Below are positions 48,065 through 58,921 of a stretch of 64,000 nucleotides of DNA, piece after piece. Where the stretch lies: contig CAVXVB010000009.1 in NCBI GenBank assembly GCA_963765205.1, positions 224,001 to 288,000 on the forward strand. Reading direction: 5' to 3'. The notes under the pieces are model-generated. The model saw only the letters and a program-made list of their open reading frames with translations, ran no database searches and had not been told where the DNA came from. The stretch's first letter is position 1, and every line of letters begins with the position of its first letter. The position numbers and the translations under genes were made by a program. The stretch comes from an uncultured Verrucomicrobiae bacterium. Lineage in GTDB: Bacteria > Verrucomicrobiota > Verrucomicrobiia > Opitutales > JABDGR01.

Positions 48065-49771
48065 ATGCAACACGGTTCGATCACCAAATACCGTCCGGTG
48101 CCCCATGTGGTCTTAAAAGACCGCACCTGGCCGGACCAGACCCACACGCGCGCGCCCATCTGGTGCAGCGTGGATTTGCGCGACGGCAACCAGGCCCTCG
48201 CCACCCCGATGAACGTCGAGGACAAACTCAAATACTTCGCGCTGCTGGTCAAGCTGGGCTTCAAGGAAATCGAGGGCGGATTTCCCTCGGCGTCGGACAT
48301 CGAGTTCGCCTTCATCCGGCGCTTGATTGACGAGCAGCGCATCCCCGACGGCGTGTGGATTCAGGTGCTGACGCAGGCGCGCGAGCATTTGATCCGCCGC
48401 ACCTTTGAGAGCCTGCGCGGGGCCAGGCAGGCCATCGTCCACCTCTACAATTCGACCTCGGCGCTCCAGCGCAAAATCACCTTCGGCGACGCGTCGCGCG
48501 AGCAGATCAAGGACATCGCCGTCCAGGGCACGAAGCTGGTGAAGGAGTTGGCGCAGGAGCTGGAGGCGGCAGGCACGCGCGTGCGTTTCGAGTATTCGCC
48601 CGAGTCGTTCACCGACACCGAGCCGGACTTTGCGCTCGACGTATGCGAGGCGGTCATGGACGTGTGGCAGCCGACCGCGCAGGACCCGATCATCCTGAAC
48701 TTGCCCGCGACGGTCGAATACTTCACCCCGAACATCCACGCCGACCAAATCGAGTGGTTCGGGCGCGAATTGAAAAAGCACGGCCGGCGCGAGCGGGTGC
48801 TGATCAGCCTGCACACGCACAACGACCGCGGCACGGGCATCGCGGCGACGGAGCTGGCCTTGCTGGCCGGCGCGGACCGCGTCGAGGGCACGCTCTTCGG
48901 CAACGGCGAGCGCACGGGCAACCTCGACATCGTGACGGTCGCGCTGAACCTCTACACGCAGGGCATTGACCCGGGGCTGGACTTTTCCGACCTGCCCACG
49001 TTGCGCACGATTTACGAAATGCTGACGCGCATGGAGGTGCCCGCGCGCTGGCCGTATGCGGGGGACTTGGTGTTCACGGCGTTTTCCGGCTCGCACCAGG
49101 ACGCGATCAAGAAGGGCATGGACCGCCGCCGCGCCGCGCACGCGCAGCCCTTCGACCACTGGGAGGTGCCCTATTTGCCGATTGACCCGCAGGACATCGG
49201 CAGAAATTACGAGGCGATCATTCGCATCAACTCGCAAAGCGGCAAGGGCGGCGTGGCCTATGTCCTGCACGCGGAGTTTGGGTTGGATTTGCCGAAGCTG
49301 ATGCACCCGGAAATCGGCGCGGCCGTGAACACAGCGGCGGACAAACTGGCGCGCGAGCTGACGCCGGCGGAAATCAAAAGCCTCTTCGACCAAATGTATC
49401 TGGGCGCGAACCGGCCATTGCAGCTCGAGGACTACGACGTGCATGCCGATCCGGCGAGCAAGCACCAGTTCAACCTGGTCGGGCGCGTGCAATGGCTGGG
49501 CATGGCGCGGGAGATTCATGGCTCGGGCAACGGGCCGATCAACGCGTTTGTGCAGGCGCTGGGCAGCCAGGGCTGGAAAAATTTCCGCGTGCTCGACTAC
49601 CGCTCGCACGCCATCGGCGTTGGCTCTGCCACGGACTCGGCGGCCTATGTGCTCATCGAGCGCGAGAGCGACCGCGCGAAGTTCTGGGGCTGCGGCATAG
49701 ACACAAACATTGAGCAAGCGGGGTTGCTGGCGCTGGTCAGCGCGTTTAACCGGGCGTGGGAGGGGAAGTAG
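48065..49771 (+). CDS. leuA: 2-isopropylmalate synthase (yeast/actinobacterial type)
   Basis: WCSVDLRDGNQAL, SLHTHNDRG, GNGERTGN, AFSGSHQDAIKKG, GNGPI. Confidence 0.96.
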   Translation: MQHGSITKYRPVPHVVLKDRTWPDQTHTRAPIWCSVDLRDGNQALATPMNVEDKLKYFALLVKLGFKEIEGGFPSASDIEFAFIRRLIDEQRIPDGVWIQVLTQAREHLIRRTFESLRGARQAIVHLYNSTSALQRKITFGDASREQIKDIAVQGTKLVKELAQELEAAGTRVRFEYSPESFTDTEPDFALDVCEAVMDVWQPTAQDPIILNLPATVEYFTPNIHADQIEWFGRELKKHGRRERVLISLHTHNDRGTGIAATELALLAGADRVEGTLFGNGERTGNLDIVTVALNLYTQGIDPGLDFSDLPTLRTIYEMLTRMEVPARWPYAGDLVFTAFSGSHQDAIKKGMDRRRAAHAQPFDHWEVPYLPIDPQDIGRNYEAIIRINSQSGKGGVAYVLHAEFGLDLPKLMHPEIGAAVNTAADKLARELTPAEIKSLFDQMYLGANRPLQLEDYDVHADPASKHQFNLVGRVQWLGMAREIHGSGNGPINAFVQALGSQGWKNFRVLDYRSHAIGVGSATDSAAYVLIERESDRAKFWGCGIDTNIEQAGLLALVSAFNRAWEGK

Positions 49772-49864
49772 GAGGGGGGTAAAGGGACTGAGGCACTGAG
49801 GCCTCGAGTTGGCGTATCTTTTTATTTGCCATTTTACTCCGCCGGGTAATTGGATGGCGTTGGC

Positions 49865-50320
49865 ATGAAAAACAAAATCACTCCTTTTCTCTGGTTCGAC
49901 GACAACGCCGAGGCGGCGATGAAGTTTTATGTCTCGGTGTTCAAGAAGGCCAGGATCACCTGCCTCCAACGCCGCGGGAAAAAGATGTTCCTGGGGGCGT
50001 TCGAGGTGGATGGGCAGCGGTTTATGGCGCTCAACGGCGGTCCGCATTTCAAGATCACCCCGGCCATTTCATTTTTCGTGAATTGCACGACGCAGGGGGA
50101 AGTGGACCGGTTGTGGAAGAATCTCTCGAAGGGCGGGAAAAAGAAACCCTGCGGCTGGCTCGAGGACAAGTTTGGCGTGTCCTGGCAAATCATCCCGACC
50201 ACCCTGGGCCGGCTGTTGAGCGATCCCGATCCGGTCAAGTCGGCCCAGGTCATGCAGGCCATGTTGAAAATGTCGAAAATTGACATCAAGGCCTTGCAGC
50301 GGGCCTACGCGGGGATGTAA
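49865..50320 (+). CDS. PhnB/VOC-family protein
   Basis: ITPFLWFD, ALNGGP, CGWLEDKFGVSWQI. Confidence 0.92.
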   Translation: MKNKITPFLWFDDNAEAAMKFYVSVFKKARITCLQRRGKKMFLGAFEVDGQRFMALNGGPHFKITPAISFFVNCTTQGEVDRLWKNLSKGGKKKPCGWLEDKFGVSWQIIPTTLGRLLSDPDPVKSAQVMQAMLKMSKIDIKALQRAYAGM

Positions 50321-50484
50321 GAAGCAACTGTATCGGGAGGAACGGAGGAACGAAGGAACAAAGCCGCGGAGGCACTGAGGCGCTGAGTTGGGCACGGCAT
50401 TGGGTCAAAGCAAGTTGACCCAAAAATGTTTGTGACAAGGCAAATTGACACAAACTTTTTTGTTGTTAGCCTCCTTGACACAAG

Positions 50485-51598
50485 ATGAAGCCCTTTGTGC
50501 CACCACCTTTGCCCTGGCCCGATCTGAATTGGGAGCCGCTGATCCCCGCCATGGGTCGGGCGAACCGCGCCTTGGCGCAATTCAACGGCAGCCTGCACGG
50601 CGTGCCCAACCCCGCCATCATGCTTTCGCCGCTGGCCACGCAGGAGGCCGTGCTTTCCTCCAAGATCGAGGGCACGCAGGCCTCGCTAGATGACGTGCTG
50701 AAATTTGAAGCGGGCGACAAACCGGCCAATGAATCGCTCGGGGACGACGTGCAGGAGGTTCTCAACTACCGCCGGGCCTTGCGGGAGGGCGTAAACGCCA
50801 TGAAAAAGCGGCCCTTCAACCTCAACCTGCTCAAGGAATTGCACGCGACCCTGCTGGCGGGGGGTGCGGGGCAACGACAAGGCGCGGGGACGTTTCCGGC
50901 CGGTGCAAAACTGGATCGGCCGGCCCGGCATGCCGATGGCCCGGGCGTCCTTTGTACCGCCGGCGCCCGAGCGGGTGCTGGAATGCATGGACGCCTGGGA
51001 AAAGTTTTATCACGCCGACAGCCCGGACCCGCTGGTGCAACTGGCGATGGTGCATGCGCAATTTGAACTTATCCATCCCTTCCTCGACGGGAATGGCCGC
51101 CTGGGGCGCATCCTCATCCCCTTGTTTCTGACCGAGAAGGGAGTGCTGGAGCAGCCCATGTTCTATCTATCCGCATATTTGGAGCGGAAGCGGGATGTTT
51201 ACATGGAGCGGCTGCGCGAATTAAGCCACCGACCCGACGGCTATGCCCGCTGGATCGAGTTCTTTCTCGAAGCGGTGGCCGAGCAGGCCGCCACCAATAC
51301 GCGGACGGCGCGAAGCATCGGGGAGCTTTACCAGGCCAAAAAAGTCCAGGTGGTGGAATTGACGCGCTCGCCCTGGGCGGTGGCCGTGCTGGATCATTTT
51401 TTTCAGCAGCCGGTGTTTTCCGCCTCGGCATTGGCTCGGAAGAAACACGGCCCAAGCCGGCAAACGCTGACGATCCTGCTGGCGAAGCTGAAAAAGGCGG
51501 GAATCCTGAAAACCGTGCATCCGGCCCGGGGCCGCCGCGCGGAGGTGCTGGCGTTTGCGGATTTGATCAACCTTTGCGAGGGGCGCGGGGTGGTTTAG
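50485..51598 (+). pseudogene. Fic-family protein frameshifted in a G6 run (50859-50864)
   Basis: EAVLSSKIEGT in the first frame; HPFLDGNGRLGR in the second; deleting one G gives LLAGVRGNDK. Confidence 0.88.
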
Positions 51599-51695
51599 GT
51601 ATTGAGGAAATCTGCGTCCAGTTGCGCTGAGTCGCAAGGTAGATCGTTACATTCAGAATTCTTCGGGGCGGCCCTTGTGGATGGAAATGTCTTTA

Positions 51696-52190
51696 TCAAC
51701 GCTCAAAATGATCAGTAAAAAATACCCAGAGAGGATAAAAGAATGCAGAGCAAAGTAATGGGAAAAAAACTGAGGTGAATATGCTCGGATAGACCTGATT
51801 GTTATTTTGATACGAGTCATCCGGATCATCTGGATTATAAAGGACGCCTAATTGTTCCGGCGTGAGATTTGGCTTTCCAAGATAACCGACACATTTCTTA
51901 CAGCGATAAAATTGCCTGTTTTTAGCGGTAAAGGCAATTATCGGGTAATTGGCACCGTTCCTGCCTGATGGTGAGAGTCTAAATTCCCAACCATTTAAAT
52001 CCCCTTGCGCCATGAGTGCTTTGGCACGCCACTGCTGGAAACGCACAAGCGATCGAACGCCCGCACCCATCAATAGCACAGGAATCGAGACAACCAAAAC
52101 GGCGACAACGTCGTAGAGCAAATGGACATGCGTTTTCGGTGGCAACAATGCAGCCAATGTAAAGGAAAGCGATGGGAGCGGCGTCTTCAT
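51696..52190 (-). CDS. DUF3592-like membrane protein
   Basis: TM, YPIIAF, VLYNPDDP, TM; AT-rich. Confidence 0.6.
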   Translation of the reverse strand: MKTPLPSLSFTLAALLPPKTHVHLLYDVVAVLVVSIPVLLMGAGVRSLVRFQQWRAKALMAQGDLNGWEFRLSPSGRNGANYPIIAFTAKNRQFYRCKKCVGYLGKPNLTPEQLGVLYNPDDPDDSYQNNNQVYPSIFTSVFFPLLCSAFFYPLWVFFTDHFER

Positions 52191-52273
52191 TGAAGCAAGG
52201 TCACTTTCAATGCGAGTATTATTAAGGAGAAGGAATTACTTCTTCGAGAAGAAAATCAAGAATCCAGCGATAC

Positions 52274-52304
52274 AACTTGAAGTCACAATTTGTGACTTCA
52301 AGTT
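52274..52304. repeat. Perfect 31-bp palindrome
   Basis: aacttgaagtcacaa-t-ttgtgacttcaagtt. Confidence 0.9.
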
Positions 52305-52339
52305 TGGAACATGTTGATATCTAAGCTCTTTCCGTGAAG

Positions 52340-52406
52340 CGGACGGCTCGGAGAGCCGTCCCTACCGATTTTCCAACCTTTGCGTTCTTTGCGCCTTGGC
52401 GGTGAA
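52340..52406. repeat. REP-like palindrome followed by a 9-mer array half
   Basis: ggacggctcggagagccgtccctacc; 52377-52406 matches the reverse complement of 45765-45794 at 29/30. Confidence 0.8.
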
Positions 52407-52411
52407 CCGGC

Positions 52412-53839
<1,428 letters not shown>

Positions 53840-53842
53840 GAG

Positions 53843-53909
53843 AAAAGGATGAAGGATGAGGGATGAAAGATGAGGAAATTAAACCACGGAGGACACGGAG
53901 GGCACGGAG
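53843..53909. repeat. Heptamer (GGATGAA) array plus 9-mer (CACGGAGGA) array between metK and ahcY
   Basis: aaggatgaaggatgagggatgaaagatgagg ... aaccacggaggacacggagggcacggag. Confidence 0.85.
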
Positions 53910-53928
53910 CGCGAGACCGACCAGCATA

Positions 53929-55098
53929 TTACTTGGCCGATTTGAGGAGGGCATCCACTTTATCTATTTCTTCCCAGGCGAGGCCGGATTTGCCGAAGTG
54001 GCCGTAGTTGGTGGTGGTGCGGTAGATCGGGCGGAGGAGGTCGAGCTGGCGCACGATGTCGGCGGGCTTGAAGGAAAAGACTTCGTTGATCGCGGCGATA
54101 ATGCGGCGCTCGGGCACGGCGTGGGTGCCGAAAGTGTCCACATGGATGCTCGTGGGGCGGGGATGGCCGATGGCGTAGGCGATTTGCAGTTCGCACTTGG
54201 TCGCGAGTTTCGCGGCGACGACGTTTTTAGCGACCCAGCGGCACATGTAGGCGGCGGAGCGGTCCACTTTCGAGGGGTCTTTGCCGGAGAAGGCGCCGCC
54301 GCCGTGGCGCGCCCAGCCGCCGTAGCTGTCCACAATGATTTTACGGCCGGTTAAGCCGGAGTCGCCCTGCGGGCCGCCGACGACGAATTTGCCGGTGGGG
54401 TTGATGAGGAATTCGGTGCGCGCGGTGAGCAGGCGCTTGGGGAGGACTTTCTTGACGACGTTCTCGACGCAGAATTGTTCGATGGTGCGGTGCTCGGCGC
54501 TGGCGGCGTGCTGGGTAGAGATGACGACGTTGGTGATGGCGACGGGTTTGTGATTCACGTATTCGACGGCGACTTGGGACTTGCAGTCGGGGCGCAGCCA
54601 GGGCGCGAGGCCGGTGCGTTTCCGGATGCGGGCGAGTTCGCGGTTGAGGCGGTGGGCGAACATCACGGGGGCGGGCATGAGTTCGGGCGTGTCGTTGCAG
54701 GCGTAGCCGAACATGATGCCTTGGTCGCCGGCGCCTTGCTCGGCGGTTTTCTTGCCCTTGGCCTTGCGCGCGTCCACGCCCTGGGCGATGTCGGGGGACT
54801 GGCGGGTGAGGGCGTTGGTGATGAAGACCTGGTCGGCGTGAAAAACGTCGTCGGTGTTGACGTAGCCGATTTCCTGGATGGCGTCGCGCACGATGCGCTC
54901 ATAGTTGAGGCGGGCCTTGGTGGTGATCTCGCCGGCGAGGAAGACGCAGTTGCTCTTGACCATGGTCTCGCAGGCGACGCGGCTGCGCGGGTCCTGTTCG
55001 AGGCAGGCGTCGAGGACGCTGTCGGAGATGAAGTCGGCGACTTTGTCCGGATGGCCTTCGCCAACGGACTCGGACGAGAAGATGAAGCGGTCAGGCAT
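53929..55098 (-). CDS. metK: S-adenosylmethionine synthetase
   Basis: [33 protein letters not shown]. Confidence 0.98.
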   Translation of the reverse strand: MPDRFIFSSESVGEGHPDKVADFISDSVLDACLEQDPRSRVACETMVKSNCVFLAGEITTKARLNYERIVRDAIQEIGYVNTDDVFHADQVFITNALTRQSPDIAQGVDARKAKGKKTAEQGAGDQGIMFGYACNDTPELMPAPVMFAHRLNRELARIRKRTGLAPWLRPDCKSQVAVEYVNHKPVAITNVVISTQHAASAEHRTIEQFCVENVVKKVLPKRLLTARTEFLINPTGKFVVGGPQGDSGLTGRKIIVDSYGGWARHGGGAFSGKDPSKVDRSAAYMCRWVAKNVVAAKLATKCELQIAYAIGHPRPTSIHVDTFGTHAVPERRIIAAINEVFSFKPADIVRQLDLLRPIYRTTTNYGHFGKSGLAWEEIDKVDALLKSAK

Positions 55099-55193
55099 AA
55101 GAAGGGAGGGACGTTAGCGGGGGCGGGGGCGGGAGGCAAGCGTGTATATCAACGCATCGGGATGGATTGATGCGTGGGGGCGGTAGAGGGCGA

Positions 55194-56201
55194 CTACACC
55201 TCGCGACCATGAATCCAACTGCAGGCGAGAGGCGGTTTGGGCGCGTGTTTTTTAGCGGAGGCTTCGGCGATTTTGGCGAGGCGCTGGCCGAGGGTGCAGA
55301 GGAATTCCTGGGCGGCGGCGGCGGGGCCGGCGACGGGGAGGCTGGCGACTTCCCAGTTGGCGAGGAGGTGGTCGAGAATGGCGATGTAATCCTGCACGGT
55401 GTAAACGCCGAGGCGCTGCGCGACGGTGGCGAACTGGTCAAAGAGGTCGGGGTTTTTGCCGTCGGTCATCAGGCGGCCGGGCATGGCGATGACGCGGCGC
55501 ATCATGTCGCGAAAGACGACGAGGGCCGTTTCGGGGTCGCGTTTCATGACCTCGCCCATCATGCGAGTGTAGAAGAGCTCGTGGCGGGATTCGTCGCCGG
55601 CGATTTTGCGGCAGATGCGGGCGAGATTTTCATCGCCGTTGGTGGTGGCGAGGCGGCCGACATTGGCGTGGGAGATTTTGGTGGCGCGTTCCTGGAAGGA
55701 GGTGTAAACGAGGCCGGCGTAGGGGTCGCTTTGGATGCGGGGGCTGAAACCGTCGGCAATGAGGTGCTGGACGGTGACTTCGACGGCGCGCATGTCCACC
55801 CGGCCGGTGAGGCGCAGGAAGGCGTTGAGGAGGTCGCCGTGGCGGTTTTCCTCGGCGACCCAGCCGCGCATCCATTTGGCCCAGGGTTCGGAACTGGCGC
55901 CTTCGTAATCCTCGGCAATGTAATTGAGCGAGATGGCGTAGTTGGGGAGGGCTTCCTCGGTGACCATGTCGCCGACGAGGACGACGAGGACTTCGTCGGT
56001 GAGCTGGCGGGCGGGTTCGCGATAGGCGGCGATTTGCTCGCGCCAGTCGTCGTGGGTCAAATCGGGCAGGTAATCGGTGGGCTGCCAGGCTTGATCAACC
56101 GGGAGCAGGAGGGAGAGATTTTCCGCGACGACATCATGCAGACTGCGCAAAAGCTCAATCTGCGGGAGCGCATGAGCGACCTCGGCGGGCGACTGGGGCA
56201 T
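55194..56201 (-). CDS. Acyl-ACP desaturase
   Basis: WQPTDYLP, TEEALPNY, EENRHG, FQERAT, DESRHE diiron motifs. Confidence 0.93.
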   Translation of the reverse strand: MPQSPAEVAHALPQIELLRSLHDVVAENLSLLLPVDQAWQPTDYLPDLTHDDWREQIAAYREPARQLTDEVLVVLVGDMVTEEALPNYAISLNYIAEDYEGASSEPWAKWMRGWVAEENRHGDLLNAFLRLTGRVDMRAVEVTVQHLIADGFSPRIQSDPYAGLVYTSFQERATKISHANVGRLATTNGDENLARICRKIAGDESRHELFYTRMMGEVMKRDPETALVVFRDMMRRVIAMPGRLMTDGKNPDLFDQFATVAQRLGVYTVQDYIAILDHLLANWEVASLPVAGPAAAAQEFLCTLGQRLAKIAEASAKKHAPKPPLACSWIHGREV

Positions 56202-56348
56202 CCGGCACAGTGGGCGCTTTCGAGGGAGACTGGCAAGACAATAGCAGGCGGCGCGGGCAAATGTAACCTGGACGATACGGGTTTATCATCAGGCAAATCG
56301 GGGAAGCATTCGCTTTTTTCAGCGGGATGGGCGATCGGGTCTGGCCCG

Positions 56349-57758
56349 TTAAGGCACGCCAAGAATTTTGCCTGTTTGGTCAATATAGCCCCATTTTCCA
56401 CCGTGTTGAACCATGGCGACGCCGTCGTGAAAATCATCGGCGGCATCCCATTGAGGCGCGCTGATTATTTTGCCGGCGGTGTTAATAAAGCCCCATTGAT
56501 ACCCGTGTTGCACACAGGCGAAGCCACCGGAAAAGTCATGCGCGTCATCCCATTGGGGCGTGCTGACGATTTTACCGCCTTTATCAATGAAGCCCCATTT
56601 TTCGCCGCGTTTAACGCGGGCGAGACCCGCGGAAAAGTTTGCGGCATCATCCCACTGCGGGGCGATGATGACTTGACCGGTATGGTCAATATACCCCCAT
56701 TGGCCGGGTTGCGCCGGCGAAAGAACGGCCGTCAACCCCTCGGAAAAATCGTGGGCGTCCGCCCACTGAGGCGCGACCACCACCCGGCCCGTTTGGTCAA
56801 GGACCCCCCATTTTCCATTATCGGCGGGTCCACGCATAACCACGGCGAGACCCTCATGAAAATCCTTGAGGAGATCCCACTGCGGTTCAACCACCACGCG
56901 GCCGGTTTGGTCAATAAAGCCCCAAAGTTTGCCGCGCGCCACCCTGGCGAAGCCGTTGGCAAACACACCCACGCCATCCCACTGTGGCGGCACGACCACA
57001 TGGGCGGATGGGTCAATGAAACCCCATTTTCCGCCCTGCTCGACCATGCCTAATCCTGCGCTGAGGCCGACCATAAAGTCGTTTTCCCATTGCGGTTCGA
57101 CCACCACCCGACCGGTCTGGTCAATAAAGCCCCATTTGCCGTCGCGTTTAACCTGGGCGCAGCCCTTGGAAAAGTTAAAGGCATCATCCCATTGCGGATC
57201 GCTGACGATTTTGCCGGTTTGATCAATGAAGCCTCGTTGGTCTCCGCGCCACACCTCGGCCAGACCTTCGGAAAAGTCCCCGATAAAATCCCACTGCGGT
57301 TCGATGATGATCCGGCCGGTTTGGTCCAGCAGGCCCCATTTTCCGTCGCGCTTGACCGCCGCGAGGCCGTCGGGGAAGAATCCGATAACCATTTCCCATT
57401 GCGGTTCAATGACCACTTTTCCGGTTTGGTCAATAAAGCCCCATTTTTTTCCGCGCTTGACCGGGAAGTAACCGGCGGAAAAACCGGAGACGGCATCCCA
57501 TTGCGGCGCGCAGATGACTTTGCCGGTGATATCAATAATGCCCCACTGGTGACTGCGCTCGACCGGGGAGTAACCATCGTTGAAGCCGCCGACGGCATCC
57601 CAAGGCAAATCCCCCGGCGACAGGGTTGCCGGAGTGGAAGATGAAGCCACCGGCGCATGCGGAAGCTCGCAAGCGCCCAGCAAAAGCAATGCAACCCAGG
57701 CCGATGAACGGCCTGGCGCCAGCTTCTGTCGCGGCGAGAATCTGGAAACAGGGGCCAT
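56349..57758 (-). CDS. WG-repeat (KWG) putative lipoprotein
   Basis: LLLLGAC lipobox; about 11 repeats of F.EGLA.V...GKWGFID.TG...I.PQWD. Confidence 0.92.
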   Translation of the reverse strand: MAPVSRFSPRQKLAPGRSSAWVALLLLGACELPHAPVASSSTPATLSPGDLPWDAVGGFNDGYSPVERSHQWGIIDITGKVICAPQWDAVSGFSAGYFPVKRGKKWGFIDQTGKVVIEPQWEMVIGFFPDGLAAVKRDGKWGLLDQTGRIIIEPQWDFIGDFSEGLAEVWRGDQRGFIDQTGKIVSDPQWDDAFNFSKGCAQVKRDGKWGFIDQTGRVVVEPQWENDFMVGLSAGLGMVEQGGKWGFIDPSAHVVVPPQWDGVGVFANGFARVARGKLWGFIDQTGRVVVEPQWDLLKDFHEGLAVVMRGPADNGKWGVLDQTGRVVVAPQWADAHDFSEGLTAVLSPAQPGQWGYIDHTGQVIIAPQWDDAANFSAGLARVKRGEKWGFIDKGGKIVSTPQWDDAHDFSGGFACVQHGYQWGFINTAGKIISAPQWDAADDFHDGVAMVQHGGKWGYIDQTGKILGVP

Positions 57759-57817
57759 GTTGGGCCTGGGGGAAATTTGCCAGTGGATACGGCGATCGAA
57801 GAGTCTCCGTCAGCAAC

Positions 57818-58369
57818 TTACTTTTTCGGAGGAAACAGCGGTTTGGTGGGGCTTTTGACGGCGGATTTGGCGGCTTCGGTTTTCAATTGCTCGAGTTTTT
57901 CCATCGCGCCTTGGAAGGAGCGCGCCGAAGTGACATACCAGAGGAGGTTTTTGCCGGGGTATTGTTCTTGCCAGAATTTTTGCGCGGGCGGCGTCGGAAA
58001 GACGGCGGTGGCGAGCAGGATAAAGTCTTCCACGAGGTCGAAGGGGACGGTCCAGGTGGCCCAGCAGGCGGCGCAGTCGGGGTGCAAGTCGGCGAACTTG
58101 CGGAACTGGCAGGCGTGGAGGTCAATCAGGCCCAGGCCGGATTTTTCGACGAGGGCTTCGAGGTAGGCGTCTTCGTTGAGGACTTGCAGCTCGAAGAGGA
58201 GAATGTGGAGGATGCTGGCGCGGCGCACGTCGCCCTGTTCGATGTTTTGGACGAGTTTTTCGTTGGCGGCGTCGAGTTGCTCCGGGGTGATGATTTGTTT
58301 CTCGAGCAGCAGCAAGCCGAGCGCGCGGTTGCCGCGGACAATGAGGGGGCGATGCTGCTGGAGGGACAT
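57818..58369 (-). CDS. Hypothetical protein with a degenerate MshEN-like N-terminus
   Basis: RALGLLLLEKQIITPEQLDAA resembles the RLG..L...G.I...QL..AL motif. Confidence 0.65.
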   Translation of the reverse strand: MSLQQHRPLIVRGNRALGLLLLEKQIITPEQLDAANEKLVQNIEQGDVRRASILHILLFELQVLNEDAYLEALVEKSGLGLIDLHACQFRKFADLHPDCAACWATWTVPFDLVEDFILLATAVFPTPPAQKFWQEQYPGKNLLWYVTSARSFQGAMEKLEQLKTEAAKSAVKSPTKPLFPPKK

Positions 58370-58381
58370 GGGAGCGGGAGG

Positions 58382-58468
58382 AGAAGTTAGGAGCTAGAAG
58401 CTAGAAGTTAGAAGCCAAGCAGGCGGAAGGGAGGAGTGAAGAAACAGAAAACAGGAGTCAGGAGACAG
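58382..58468. repeat. Heptamer arrays (TAGAAGC and CAGGAGA families)
   Basis: agaagttaggagctagaagctagaagttagaagc; acagaaaacaggagtcaggagacag. Confidence 0.8.
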
Positions 58469-58642
58469 ACGCGGAATGAAAACGGGTGAAGGAGAACTTA
58501 GTTTGGCAACTGGGTGAAGTAAACGGCAAAAGGGGGTGTTGGGTTCCCTCGTCCGTGCAGGGCTAAAGAAGGCCAGGCATAATCCGCAGAACGATATCGA
58601 AAAAGGATTGCGTCTGTATAAATACTATAATAAGCAATTCAA

Positions 58643-58921
58643 ATGAGAATCACGATGACCATTTCCGACCCGCTGCACCATAGCGCAATGAAAATAGCCC
58701 GAAGGGATAAAACAACTTTGAGTGCGCTGGTAAATGAGGGTCTCGCCGCACGATTGCGGCAGCTTGCCTTGGAGGAAGGCTACTCTTCCGAATACTCCTC
58801 GCCTTCGCCGGCGAAGGGCGGGCGGGAGATGCGGCGGGCGTCGCGGGGGAAACAAATGCGGGAGACGGCGGCGTCGAAGTCATGGTCGCCGCTGAGGATT
58901 TCGATTTCAAGGCGCAAATAA
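58643..58921 (+). CDS. Orphan ribbon-helix-helix (antitoxin-like) protein overlapping the lpxK 3' end
   Basis: [34 protein letters not shown] beta-alpha-alpha pattern. Confidence 0.5.
   Translation: MRITMTISDPLHHSAMKIARRDKTTLSALVNEGLAARLRQLALEEGYSSEYSSPSPAKGGREMRRASRGKQMRETAASKSWSPLRISISRRK

Noticed and set aside
48113..50047. 644-aa minus-strand ORF (likewise 55167-57053 and 58882-60249)
   Set aside because: Stop-poor antisense frames typical of high-GC genes (leuA, desaturase/WG protein, lpxK)
55099..55193. SAM/SAH riboswitch upstream of metK
   Set aside because: Only a short ACGCATC/GATGCGT hairpin; no SAM-I or SAH consensus recognised
56349..57758. WG-repeat gene as a DGR target or DNA repeat array
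   Set aside because: Repeats are ordinary ~37-aa protein repeats; no template repeat or reverse transcriptase is present
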